Source of the DNA: a virus
Lineage: Duplodnaviria; Heunggongvirae; Uroviricota; Caudoviricetes
Virus record (IMG/VR): IMGVR_UViG_3300047476_000806
Reading direction: 5' to 3' (one strand)
DNA length: 27,891 nt
Positions within the stretch are counted from its first letter, which is position 1; each line of letters begins with the position of its first letter. The position numbers and the translations under genes are program-made. Below the pieces are notes generated by a model. The model saw only the letters and a list, made by a program, of their open reading frames with translations, was not told the DNA's origin and made no database searches. Of this stretch, positions 8,599-17,506 are shown piece by piece.

Positions 8599-9357
8599 TT
8601 TTGATTGACCTCTTTAGTTAATTCTTTTAGTTATTTATGTTATTTTTTAGTTCAAATCTACTGTGCCTGAACCAGTTTGTAAATCTTCGGTACCAGAAAG
8701 AGACATAAAATCACCTTCTAGACTTGATAGTGTTCTTGCAATTATTGCGGTTCTAACGAAATCAATAGTTGTTGTTTCAAATACAGGTGAAACATTCAAT
8801 CTAACATTTCCACCTGAAATGCTTGAATATAAATTAAATAAAACTGACGAAGACGTGTTTGATGTTTCGTTAGTATAAGTTAAATTGTCATTATGAGTTA
8901 ATAGCAATTCGGTTGAGTGAACATCACCACCCGATATAGCTTGAATTAAATACTTAACTGTTCTGAAAGATGTTGTACTAAAAGTATCAATTACTTGATT
9001 TGCAGTATTTGTTGATAATGAAGCTGTGTTATTGTACAAAGTACTCGATGCAGGTAAAGTAATAACTCCGCTATTATTCAAAGATACTGTTTGTGTGCCG
9101 CTAGATAATGTATTCGATGAACCGCTACTAGCAGTGTTTGCCGCATCAAAAGCCGCTTGTGCTAATGTAGTACCTGTATTAGCTTTAGCGAAAGCACTGT
9201 TAGCATATCCACCGGAAACACCAACCATGTTACTAATTGTAGTTGCAAAGTTGGCATCATCACCTAATGCGGCCGCTAATTCATTTAAAGTGTCTAATGT
9301 TGTAGGTGCTGAGTCGACTAAATTAGAAATCGCTGTACCAACGTAAGATTCGGTAGC
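8340..9357. repeat. Two dispersed ~118-bp similar copies (8340-8457 and 9240-9357) in adjacent fibre genes
   Basis: Both encode ATESYV.TA.SNLVD.AP.TLDTLNELAAALGDDANFATT and lie 900 bp apart, with long identical DNA stretches (e.g. gcatcatcaccta). Confidence 0.8.
8632..8639 (-). promoter_or_regulatory. T4-like late promoter, near-consensus (CATAAATA)
   Basis: Intergenic, 34 nt upstream of the 8598 start; 7/8 match to TATAAATA. Confidence 0.5.
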
Positions 9358-9822
9358 ATATCCAGCTAAAGATGTGATGGCAGTATTTGCTTTAGCGTAT
9401 GCACTATTAGCATATTCACCAGCAGTTTCAGCGTCAGTAGTTGCCGTGTTTGCTTGATGATATGCGGCATGTGCGTGAATTTGTGCTGTTGCGGCATATG
9501 TATTTGCGGTATTCGCTTGTGCAAAAGCACCGTTAGCATATGAACCAGCACTTAATGCTTTTTGGTCTGCTTGAGCCGCGTTAATTGTTGCTGTGTTTGC
9601 AACACCAAAAGCACCATTAGCATAACTGCCAGCAGAGTTTGCGGCATTAAACGATACTAATAAATCTGCTCTTTTGGCAATCTCGATACCGCCTTGCGTT
9701 AATCCGTCATGGACTATCAGCGTCTTTTTATCGGTATCTACAGTAACTTCAGCAACAGCACCTGTAAAGATGGCTGTCTGTGCTGTATTACCGCGTCTTA
9801 GTTGTAATTGTGTATTTGGCAT
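8647..9822 (-). CDS. Tail fibre protein with Mtd_N-like head
   Basis: LQLRRGNTAQTAIFTGAVAEVTVDTDKKTLIVHDGLTQGG, ANTA/ANSA repeats, the LDTLNELAAALGDD motif, and a beta-rich C-terminal domain (IDTFSTTSFRTVKYLIQ...ISGGNVRL). Confidence 0.85.
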   Translation of the reverse strand: MPNTQLQLRRGNTAQTAIFTGAVAEVTVDTDKKTLIVHDGLTQGGIEIAKRADLLVSFNAANSAGSYANGAFGVANTATINAAQADQKALSAGSYANGAFAQANTANTYAATAQIHAHAAYHQANTATTDAETAGEYANSAYAKANTAITSLAGYATESYVGTAISNLVDSAPTTLDTLNELAAALGDDANFATTISNMVGVSGGYANSAFAKANTGTTLAQAAFDAANTASSGSSNTLSSGTQTVSLNNSGVITLPASSTLYNNTASLSTNTANQVIDTFSTTSFRTVKYLIQAISGGDVHSTELLLTHNDNLTYTNETSNTSSSVLFNLYSSISGGNVRLNVSPVFETTTIDFVRTAIIARTLSSLEGDFMSLSGTEDLQTGSGTVDLN

Positions 9823-9852
9823 TTTTATCCCGCTAATTAATCTTTATTTGTT

Positions 9853-9860
9853 TATTTATA
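9853..9860 (-). promoter_or_regulatory. T4-like late promoter TATAAATA
   Basis: Perfect consensus in a 40-nt intergenic gap, 31 nt upstream of the 9822 start. Confidence 0.75.
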
Positions 9861-9862
9861 CG

Positions 9863-11215
9863 TTACGCTAACATACCTAAATCAAGTGTTGTTGCTGAAC
9901 CTCCAACAAAACCATAATCAAATGTAGCAGTAGCTAAACCTAAGAATCCTAAATCATTACCTATTCCAGTACTTTTTTTAACTAAAGTATTTCTAGAGTA
10001 AACTACAATTGAGTTCTCATTAGTAGGAGTAAACATTACGTTTACTAATCCTGATGAAACGTTTGAATTAATTGTTCCCAATGTCGTTGATGAATAGATA
10101 TCACCAAACATTACTTCTCTTGTAGTTTCGCCATCTTGACCTACATTGTATGAGAAGCTATGAAAATCACTACCACTTTCAATTTGAAATTGATAAAAAG
10201 CTGTTCTAAACAAATCAATTGAGAAAGAATCTATTAAAGTTTGTGATGTTCCTGTAACTTCTATTGAACCAGAAACTATACTTAAGTTTGATGCTACACT
10301 TAATTCTTTAACACCTAAAGTTCCTGTATTTGGTTTAAATGTTAAATTAGTACTAGATACATTTAAACTTGAACTAGTTCCTGAAATTTTATCTGTAAAG
10401 TTAACATAATAAATATTATTTGATGATACTTCATCAACAATAGTTATTGAAGAGCCACTTGATAATGTATTAGCTAAATCATACGCTGATTGAGCAATTA
10501 ATTCTGAAGTATTTGCTTTGTCAAATGATGAATTGGCTTTTATAAAAGCACTATTTGCGTAAGAACCATTAATCGTTGTTCTACCGAAAGCAGTATTCGC
10601 TAAACCATAGGCTGTGTTTGCTTCATTGTAAGCACTATTTGCATGAGCATATGCACTGTTCGCTGTTGTTCGAGCAAAACTATCTGAAGAAGAACCTCCA
10701 GTGTTTGCTTGGTCGAATGCCGCTTGTGCTAATATTAGTGATGTGTTAGCTTTATCAAAAGAACTATTAGCATATGAACCAGCACTATTTGCTGTTAAGT
10801 ATGCACTATTAGCATACGAACTAGCACTGTTAGCCGCATTTCTAGCCCAACCATCGGTAGAAGTTCCACCTGATAGTGTATTTGCTAAATCATAAGCACC
10901 TTGTGCTATATTATAAGCGTCGGTCAGTGTAGAATTAATTAATGTATTTGCTACAATCTTATTTACATATAGATATGAATCTGCTATCTCATATCTAACA
11001 TTTTGAGTAGCACCTAAATCACCATATGAATTAAATTGAATCTCTCCATTTAATCCTGCTGGTGTGGTTGTTGAGAATTCAGTAACCGCAGATAAAGCAT
11101 TACCATAAAACAATTTACCATCAACAAAGTTGATAGCAAGTTCACCTGGTTGTAGTATCACTGGAACGTTACCAGTTACACCTGAACTTCTTATTTGAAT
11201 TACGGTATTTGCCAT
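9863..11215 (-). CDS. Tail fibre-like virion protein
   Basis: MANTVIQIRSS...GELAINFVDGKLFYG head, GLNGEIQFN motif, ANSA/ANTA repeats, and a C-terminal domain (IDSF..DLFRTAFYQFQI) paralogous to that of 8647-9822. Confidence 0.8.
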   Translation of the reverse strand: MANTVIQIRSSGVTGNVPVILQPGELAINFVDGKLFYGNALSAVTEFSTTTPAGLNGEIQFNSYGDLGATQNVRYEIADSYLYVNKIVANTLINSTLTDAYNIAQGAYDLANTLSGGTSTDGWARNAANSASSYANSAYLTANSAGSYANSSFDKANTSLILAQAAFDQANTGGSSSDSFARTTANSAYAHANSAYNEANTAYGLANTAFGRTTINGSYANSAFIKANSSFDKANTSELIAQSAYDLANTLSSGSSITIVDEVSSNNIYYVNFTDKISGTSSSLNVSSTNLTFKPNTGTLGVKELSVASNLSIVSGSIEVTGTSQTLIDSFSIDLFRTAFYQFQIESGSDFHSFSYNVGQDGETTREVMFGDIYSSTTLGTINSNVSSGLVNVMFTPTNENSIVVYSRNTLVKKSTGIGNDLGFLGLATATFDYGFVGGSATTLDLGMLA

Positions 11216-11218
11216 CTA

Positions 11219-11710
11219 TTAGAATGTTCCACCTGAGTTTATCTCAACATCAGATGCCTTAATTTTCTTTAATTTGGTTACAGGAGCAATCTCTTCTAGT
11301 TGCTCTATGTATTTATTTTGCTTTTCAACATCACGTTGAATGTCATCTAGTTTAGCAACAAGTGATTGTTTTTCTGCTTCTAGACCTCTAATATTTTTCA
11401 TGTAGTCGTTAACAGCACCTTGCAATCTATCCTTTTCAGCTTGAAGTGTGGAAGTCTGATTAACTTGATTTTGTTTATTGGTATTATCTACTGCTAATGC
11501 ATTATTCAAATTAGTCGATTCGGTAAGTTTTTTCTCAAGTTCAATATTCTTTCTAGATACTTCTTCAAAAGCTTTTTTAGTTGATTCTAATTCTGAACCT
11601 GCATCTTCATATACTTTAACTTGTGCTTGAATCATAATATTTTGCTTGACAACCGCCATAAAGTTGTCAAGCAAAACTTCAACATATGCATTTTGTAATT
11701 TCACGTCCAT
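11219..11710 (-). CDS. Coiled-coil protein (163 aa) in the fibre operon, possible fibre-assembly factor
   Basis: Heptad-rich K/E/Q/L sequence ending NSGGTF. Start moved to ATG 11710 (MDVKLQ), which has an AGGAAG SD; track start was 11728. Confidence 0.7.
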   Translation of the reverse strand: MDVKLQNAYVEVLLDNFMAVVKQNIMIQAQVKVYEDAGSELESTKKAFEEVSRKNIELEKKLTESTNLNNALAVDNTNKQNQVNQTSTLQAEKDRLQGAVNDYMKNIRGLEAEKQSLVAKLDDIQRDVEKQNKYIEQLEEIAPVTKLKKIKASDVEINSGGTF

Positions 11711-11738
11711 TACGAACTTCCTTTTCAATAATAATTAA

Positions 11739-13985
11739 TTAGAATGTACCACCATTTAAATATTCAAATACAGGAGCACCACTGCTACTGATTTGTAATA
11801 CGTGTCCTTCAGTAGAAGAACCCACAGATTTAACAGGGTTAGTACCATCACCGTAAATGATGTGGTTCACACCGATTGTTTTAACACCTAAACCACCATC
11901 AGATACTGAGATAGCGTTGAACAATCCTGAAACGTTACCGCCTGTAAAGTTAGCTTCTAATGTTGCTCTATTTTCAGCACTGTATGAAACTACGTTACCT
12001 GTTGGGTCTGTTGTTTCACCTGTGAATAGTTTGAATACTCCGTCTGAAGCATCACGTACTAAACCAGAGAACTTATCTGAACCATCATTGTATTGACCAT
12101 AGAAACCAATATCTAACAAGTCAGCTACGTTATTTGCGGCTAATTTAATTAGTGAGTCGTCTGTTCTTACTGTAGAAGTATCAATCGATACTGTATTACC
12201 TGAAACGAACAAATCGCCAGCTACTGTTAAACTACCACTGATTGTACCACCAGCAGAATTTAGTTTAGTGTTTGCTGTATCAAAAGCCGCTTGTGCTAAA
12301 ATTGTACCTGTATTTGCTTGGTTATATGCACTATTAGCGTAAGAGCCAGAAGTTACTGCTCGTTGGTCAGCTACTGAAGCATTTGTCGTTGCAGTGTTCG
12401 CTTGACTATACGCTGAGTTAGCATATGAACCTGCTGAAACAGCTTTTTGGTCTGCTGTAGCGGCATTTGTAGTTGCTGTATTTGCTTGGTTATATGCACT
12501 ATTAGCTTGAGTATATGCACTATTAGCATATGATGAAGCGGCTGAAGCGTTTACTGTTGCTGTGTTAGCTTGAGTGTAAGATGCGTTAGCATAAACACCT
12601 GCACTAGTCGCGTACTGAGTTGCAGTATTTGCTTGTAAGTATGCGCTGTTAGCGTAACCACCAGCAATTTGACCACCGGCAACTAAAGCATTATTAGCTG
12701 TAGCAAAAGCGGCATTAGCGTAAGCACCTGCTGTTTCTGCACTTGTTGTTGCGATGTTTGCTTGTTCATAAGAAGCGTCGGCTTTAATACTTGCTGTATT
12801 TGCTTTAGCGTAACCAGATTCAGCGTAACCTAATGTTAAATTAGAATGAGCAAAAGCACTGTTAGCATGAACGTAACCGCTTGTAGCGTGTGCTGAAGCA
12901 CTGTTAGCTACACCATAAGCACCATTAGCGTGATTAATCGGGTCATAACCTCTGATAGAAACCACATCAGAAATTAAGTTTGCTTTAATCGTTGCATATT
13001 TGAATGATGCGTCACTAGTGTCAATGTAGATTGAAGCGTCTGGTTCTAGTAAATAACCATCGTAGAATTTCCAAACACCATCTGAAGCATCTCTGAATAA
13101 ACCAGTGTGTTGATATGTGCCGTCATTATATGCGGCCGCAATACCTAAGTCAGGATTAGCAACGTTGGCATCAGCATTCAGATAAATCATATTATCTTGA
13201 ATTGTCATGTTATTAGCATGAACTGTTGTCGTTGTTCCTGAAACTGTTAAGTTACCATCAATTTGTACGTTACCAGTGATTGAACCACCTGAAGTAGCAA
13301 ATTTAGTATTAGCTAAAGCAAAAGCACCGTTAGCATAAGAACCAGCCGATTGAGCGTATTGTGTACCTGTATTAGCTTGATTGTAACCAGATTGTGCTGA
13401 TAGAGTTGCGGTGTTAGCTTGTTCATACGCTGAGTTAGCATAAGAACCAGAAGTTACTGCTCGTTGGTCTGCCGTAGCCGCATTAGTGGTAGCAGTATTC
13501 GCTTGATCATAAGCACTGTTTGCGTATGAGCCAGAAGTTACTGCTCGTTGGTCTGCCGTAGCGGCATTTGTAGTTGCTGTATTAGCTTGCGTGTAAGCAC
13601 TATTGGCATATGATGATGCCGCATTTGCAGTGTTTCGTGCGAATCCGTCAGTCGCTGTACCTCCAACTGCGTTATTAGCTGTGTTAAAAGCAGATTGTGC
13701 AAAACCTAAAACATCAACACCATCATCAATAAATTGACTTGCTGTAATAATATTAGCATCAATGTTACCACTAGTACTTCTACGAACGATTGTATTTGCA
13801 GTATTAGCTGAAGTTGCGTTGTCTAGTAATTCGGTGAAATATTTACCACCAATTGCCACCACACCAGAACCATCATTAATAAACAATTTATTAGAAACGT
13901 TTGAATAAGCAGGTTCCGCAATATTTAATAACGGTGGTACGCTCGTGACGTTAGAATATTTGAGTTGAATTACTGTATTTGCCAT
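11739..13985 (-). CDS. Long tail fibre protein (748 aa)
   Basis: MANTVIQLKYS head, long Ala/Asn heptad repeats, two GGSITG/GGTISG..GNLTVSG beta motifs each followed by a DIG/DLG...GL.RDASDG..K.(Y/F) domain; ends LNGGTF. Start moved to 13985, 1 nt after the upstream stop. Confidence 0.85.
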   Translation of the reverse strand: MANTVIQLKYSNVTSVPPLLNIAEPAYSNVSNKLFINDGSGVVAIGGKYFTELLDNATSANTANTIVRRSTSGNIDANIITASQFIDDGVDVLGFAQSAFNTANNAVGGTATDGFARNTANAASSYANSAYTQANTATTNAATADQRAVTSGSYANSAYDQANTATTNAATADQRAVTSGSYANSAYEQANTATLSAQSGYNQANTGTQYAQSAGSYANGAFALANTKFATSGGSITGNVQIDGNLTVSGTTTTVHANNMTIQDNMIYLNADANVANPDLGIAAAYNDGTYQHTGLFRDASDGVWKFYDGYLLEPDASIYIDTSDASFKYATIKANLISDVVSIRGYDPINHANGAYGVANSASAHATSGYVHANSAFAHSNLTLGYAESGYAKANTASIKADASYEQANIATTSAETAGAYANAAFATANNALVAGGQIAGGYANSAYLQANTATQYATSAGVYANASYTQANTATVNASAASSYANSAYTQANSAYNQANTATTNAATADQKAVSAGSYANSAYSQANTATTNASVADQRAVTSGSYANSAYNQANTGTILAQAAFDTANTKLNSAGGTISGSLTVAGDLFVSGNTVSIDTSTVRTDDSLIKLAANNVADLLDIGFYGQYNDGSDKFSGLVRDASDGVFKLFTGETTDPTGNVVSYSAENRATLEANFTGGNVSGLFNAISVSDGGLGVKTIGVNHIIYGDGTNPVKSVGSSTEGHVLQISSSGAPVFEYLNGGTF
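13447..13614. repeat. Tandem 84-bp (28-aa) coding repeat; its 23-bp core ccagaagttactgctcgttggtc recurs at 8228, 12346, 13447 and 13531
   Basis: Unit YANSAYxQANTATTNAATADQRAVTSGS; identical 23-mers read directly from the sequence, with 84-bp spacing between the last two. Confidence 0.9.
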
Positions 13986-13986
13986 T

Positions 13987-14217
13987 TTAGAATTGGCCTC
14001 CATTTATATTTGTTATATCTACTTGTGCCGCTGAAATTGGAGTTGACTCGTACTCACCTGTTACCGCATTATATATTAAAGTATCTCCATCCAATCTTGA
14101 TGAAACATTAATTTGTTGTATATCACTGATAGAAACGTTAACTTTAGGTTCAAAGTTAGGTGATGCTATCGTCGTTCTATTACCCGTTCTTACGGTTACT
14201 TTACCAATATTTGCCAT
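13987..14217 (-). CDS. Small virion/tail-associated protein (76 aa)
   Basis: LDGDTLIYNAVTGEYE motif typical of phage fibre-associated proteins; ends INGGQF; tightly packed in the operon. Confidence 0.7.
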   Translation of the reverse strand: MANIGKVTVRTGNRTTIASPNFEPKVNVSISDIQQINVSSRLDGDTLIYNAVTGEYESTPISAAQVDITNINGGQF

Positions 14218-14220
14218 TTA

Positions 14221-14553
14221 TTACCTCGTAACGGATGGAAGCACTGTTGCGATTCCTTCTACAACTCTTGTTACTGTATTTAGGCTGTCAGTTACGATAA
14301 CATCATACACATATCTGCCTGGAGTTATATTTGAGGTATTACTTGCCGGAATACTTAATGTAATTTCACCATTAGCTGTTCCAGTTATAGTCGAATTAAT
14401 AGTGATTGCGGTTGTTGAATAATATGATTTTCGCATCATTGATGAAGTTGTATATCCTGTTAAATTAACAGGAGTACCGTATACGTCTTCAACACTAACT
14501 GTTGAGTTAAATGTTGCGCCTTGTTCAATTGTAATTTCTGAGAATGCCGCCAC
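14221..14553 (-). CDS. Beta-sandwich virion protein (BppU N-terminal-like, baseplate/fibre adaptor)
   Basis: ITIEQGATFN...NLTGY...MRKSY...GEITLSI....T..ITPGRYVYDV...RVVEG.ATV.P.VTR pattern. GTG start with AAGGA SD. Confidence 0.75.
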   Translation of the reverse strand: MAAFSEITIEQGATFNSTVSVEDVYGTPVNLTGYTTSSMMRKSYYSTTAITINSTITGTANGEITLSIPASNTSNITPGRYVYDVIVTDSLNTVTRVVEGIATVLPSVTR

Positions 14554-14576
14554 TATATAATCCTTTTTTTATATAG

Positions 14577-14584
14577 TATTTATA
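14577..14584 (-). promoter_or_regulatory. T4-like late promoter TATAAATA
   Basis: Perfect consensus in the 37-nt gap right after the rSAM cluster, 24 nt upstream of the 14553 start. Confidence 0.75.
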
Positions 14585-14590
14585 TAAATT

Positions 14591-15160
14591 TTATCTTGAA
14601 TTGAATAGAAATAAGTCTGTTGGAACAGCTAATCTGATATTACTTTGATATGTTGTTACATAATGATATAAAAAACTAGGAAAGACTACTATTTGACCGC
14701 AAACAGGTTTATGTTTTAGTGGAGCAAACCATTCTTGAAAACTTAAATCATATCCTCTATTGGCATTTTGTCTAGGGTCAGTAAAAACTATTTCACCGCC
14801 AGATTCCGAATCGTCAGCTATAAGATACAAAACTGAACTAAGTTGACTTCCTCTATGATTATGATAATTGAGTGCCTGACCTTGAGCATATGAAACTAAC
14901 CAACCATTCATCTTATGACCGTGCCAATCATCAATATTTTTATTCAATGTTTGATTTAAGTATGAATTAAAAGCTGGTTTAAATATATCATTCTTAACTC
15001 TTTGCATTTCTGGTTTTTCAAGTAAAGAATCATCAGCACTTTCTTTACCAACCAAAGTATCTTTATTCATCAACAAATAATTGATAGTGTAATCCAGTAA
15101 TTCGGTATCTGTAACATCTTCAATTAATACCGACGTTTGCCAAAGATTAAGCATACTCAT
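14591..15160 (-). CDS. 2OG-Fe(II) oxygenase (TIGR02466-like)
   Basis: NGW, YHNHRGSQLSSVLYL, GGEIVFTDPR, VVFPSFLYHYV and a terminal R (NIRLAV). Confidence 0.85.
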   Translation of the reverse strand: MSMLNLWQTSVLIEDVTDTELLDYTINYLLMNKDTLVGKESADDSLLEKPEMQRVKNDIFKPAFNSYLNQTLNKNIDDWHGHKMNGWLVSYAQGQALNYHNHRGSQLSSVLYLIADDSESGGEIVFTDPRQNANRGYDLSFQEWFAPLKHKPVCGQIVVFPSFLYHYVTTYQSNIRLAVPTDLFLFNSR

Positions 15161-15560
15161 TTAACATAAACTCTTCATCAAAATAACTTCTAACATGAGG
15201 AACCATTCCTTTTGTTACATCAAAATTTAAATAATCTATAGATTCCAATATTTGATTATAGACACCTTTGTTTTCACTATAAGGTAAGAAGTATGGGTCG
15301 TTACCATATAACAAATCTTTATCATTTAAACAGTCGATGAAGTCTTCACCAAATGTTTCAGATATCCATCTAGCGTAGCAAATTGCGACCATATAACTCT
15401 TAGCTGGATATACCCAACCCATAGTACTATCAGTGAAGTATCGTATCGCATCATCAACAATATTATTTGACAATAGAATATTTTTAGTCTTCAAGTCATC
15501 ATCATGTTCTGTGTGTAGTCTATGAAAAATTTCTTGTCTAACTTTCCAGTCGTTCATCAT
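15147..15560 (-). CDS. Hypothetical protein (137 aa) in the rSAM cluster
   Basis: Intact ORF overlapping both neighbours; no motif recognised. Confidence 0.75.
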   Translation of the reverse strand: MMNDWKVRQEIFHRLHTEHDDDLKTKNILLSNNIVDDAIRYFTDSTMGWVYPAKSYMVAICYARWISETFGEDFIDCLNDKDLLYGNDPYFLPYSENKGVYNQILESIDYLNFDVTKGMVPHVRSYFDEEFMLNEYA

Positions 15561-16461
15561 ACCAATCCAAAAGTAATTTAAAACCGTTGCAACTATTAGT
15601 TAAAGATTTAACATCTCTCAAGTGTTCGGATAAACAGTTGCCATAATATTTACAGTTTGAACAGAATTTATTTTTAGAAACTCTCTTCTTTTCTGTCTCA
15701 CACCACTCAAAATATTTATCTAAAGAATCATATTCTAAGAAAAATTCATTATCATTCAAATCGAATTCCAGTACTCCATATTTTCCTGATGGTGTAATGT
15801 ATATATGATTGTCTGAAAAACTGTTTCTTTTCTTCTCAAGTGATGATATAATTAAAGATTCGTTTGTTAGTTTGAAGTTTTTATCTGTGTTGATAATCCA
15901 CTTCTTAACAAATTCTTCAAAGTCTGAAAACTTAACGTCATATTGATTTGCTTGATTTGTGCTGTATGGTTTTATCTCTACTGATTCTAAATTTGTAAAC
16001 GTATTCAATACTGATATCATCTCATCAACGTTTTGTGTTAGTAATTTTGGTGAGGCTAACATCAAAATAGAAAATGGTTTGTTCAGTAAAGCCATATTCT
16101 TCAAAACTAATTCATATGATTCTCTAGCTTCAAAATCAAAACTAACCGACGTATAAACTCGTTTATCGATAGTAATTTCATTTATCATCGATAAATTAGT
16201 GATTAAATTTATATCTTGTATACCGTAAATTTGCAGTATACTAATAAAGTCGTTCCAGTAGTCTTTAGGTAATAAGCCAACTTCACCGCCATATACATCT
16301 ACCATTTCAATATCAGTTGTCTGCACAATTTCTGCTAACATCTCGGATAATCTGTCTAATGATAATAGCTTTTTATCTCTTAATTGTGTTTTCGTTAGGT
16401 AACAAAAGTCACAATCAAAGTTACAAAAGTACCAAGGGTTAATAGATATGTTCATCGACAT
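15538..16461 (-). CDS. Radical SAM protein 4 with reduced auxiliary Cys motif
   Basis: CNFDCDFC (CxxxCxxC), YGGE and C-terminal CSNCKYYGNCLSEH...SCNG. Start may be 16455. Confidence 0.85.
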   Translation of the reverse strand: MSMNISINPWYFCNFDCDFCYLTKTQLRDKKLLSLDRLSEMLAEIVQTTDIEMVDVYGGEVGLLPKDYWNDFISILQIYGIQDINLITNLSMINEITIDKRVYTSVSFDFEARESYELVLKNMALLNKPFSILMLASPKLLTQNVDEMISVLNTFTNLESVEIKPYSTNQANQYDVKFSDFEEFVKKWIINTDKNFKLTNESLIISSLEKKRNSFSDNHIYITPSGKYGVLEFDLNDNEFFLEYDSLDKYFEWCETEKKRVSKNKFCSNCKYYGNCLSEHLRDVKSLTNSCNGFKLLLDWYDERLES

Positions 16462-17506
16462 ATTCTGTCACCTCTAAATCTAGTCCATTAGCTTCGATAA
16501 TGTCACCCGCTAATGACTTCATTTTGAAACAATGTACTTCTACTAGATTGTGTGTTTTCAAATCTTTGATTGTCTTCTTACAACCATTACATATCTCAAA
16601 CATAGGACATGTGAAGCAAGATTGTTTCAAGCTTTGTAATTCAGGTTGAAACTTTAATGGAAATATTTTATTACCAGACATCTCTTCTTTGAAGTCGATT
16701 GAATACTCTCTATCATCACCAAAAGCACCGCAAGAATAATAGTCGCCTGATGGTTGTAATGTTCTAATATTCGAATCACAGTTTCTATTTTGTGGGCAAG
16801 ATGTTGCATTACCTTTTAAACGCTTAATCATTTGAAGCGTATTATATTCCCAATGATGTAAATCTTTTTTCCAGATTTCCACATAAATTTCATATATGTC
16901 TGCTAATAAGAATGGTTTACCTTCTTGTCCCATTATGATATTCTTGAATTTTACTGGAGGACCTGAAGAAAGTGCGTAATTAAGTTTACACTCAACACCC
17001 ATTTCTTTAGCAAGTTCCACATTCTTGATTGCCATATGACAGTTTTCTTCAGTGATTACTGAAATGAAATCAGGTCTATATCCACAGTGTTCAAGCATTG
17101 CATCAGATACATTCCAAAAGTCTTCTTCACTAAATTCAGATAAGTCGCCTTTTAGTCTACCGCCACCATACTGAAATGATGTTGTTACTCCAACACGTTT
17201 GTGGTTGAATAAGTCTTTCCATTTTTCAGGATTCTTATAGAACGGCCATAAGTTTGTTGTTAGTGATAAAGTTGCTGGTGAATTTATTGCGTCTAGATGT
17301 CTGATAATTTTCCAGTAGTATTCTGGTTCCATCATCAATGGGTCACCACCATTCACTATGATAGTGTTCGTTTCTGGAAATCGTTCTAAGAATTGAAAGA
17401 TGTAATCATGGTCAAGTTCAGCAGTTTTATCTTCTGTTATTTTAGTGCTAGAACAAAACGTACATTTGAAATTACATTTCTCAGTAGGTTTAATTATTAA
17501 TTCCAT
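16439..17506 (-). CDS. Radical SAM/SPASM protein 3
   Basis: IKPTEKCNFKCTFC, NGGDPL, CPQNRNC...PSGDYYSC and CFTCPMFEICNGC...HC. Confidence 0.92.
   Translation of the reverse strand: MELIIKPTEKCNFKCTFCSSTKITEDKTAELDHDYIFQFLERFPETNTIIVNGGDPLMMEPEYYWKIIRHLDAINSPATLSLTTNLWPFYKNPEKWKDLFNHKRVGVTTSFQYGGGRLKGDLSEFSEEDFWNVSDAMLEHCGYRPDFISVITEENCHMAIKNVELAKEMGVECKLNYALSSGPPVKFKNIIMGQEGKPFLLADIYEIYVEIWKKDLHHWEYNTLQMIKRLKGNATSCPQNRNCDSNIRTLQPSGDYYSCGAFGDDREYSIDFKEEMSGNKIFPLKFQPELQSLKQSCFTCPMFEICNGCKKTIKDLKTHNLVEVHCFKMKSLAGDIIEANGLDLEVTEYVDEHIY

Noticed and set aside
7702-9822. Diversity-generating retroelement suggested by Mtd_N-like domains
   Set aside because: No reverse transcriptase, Avd, or template/variable repeat pair differing at adenines in the window; only the N-terminal docking domain is Mtd-like.
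129-15540. TAG stop-codon reassignment (TAG is rare; in-frame TAG at 129-131; TAG stop at 15538)
   Set aside because: All long genes are intact under code 11, and reading through 15538 adds only five codons before another TAG.
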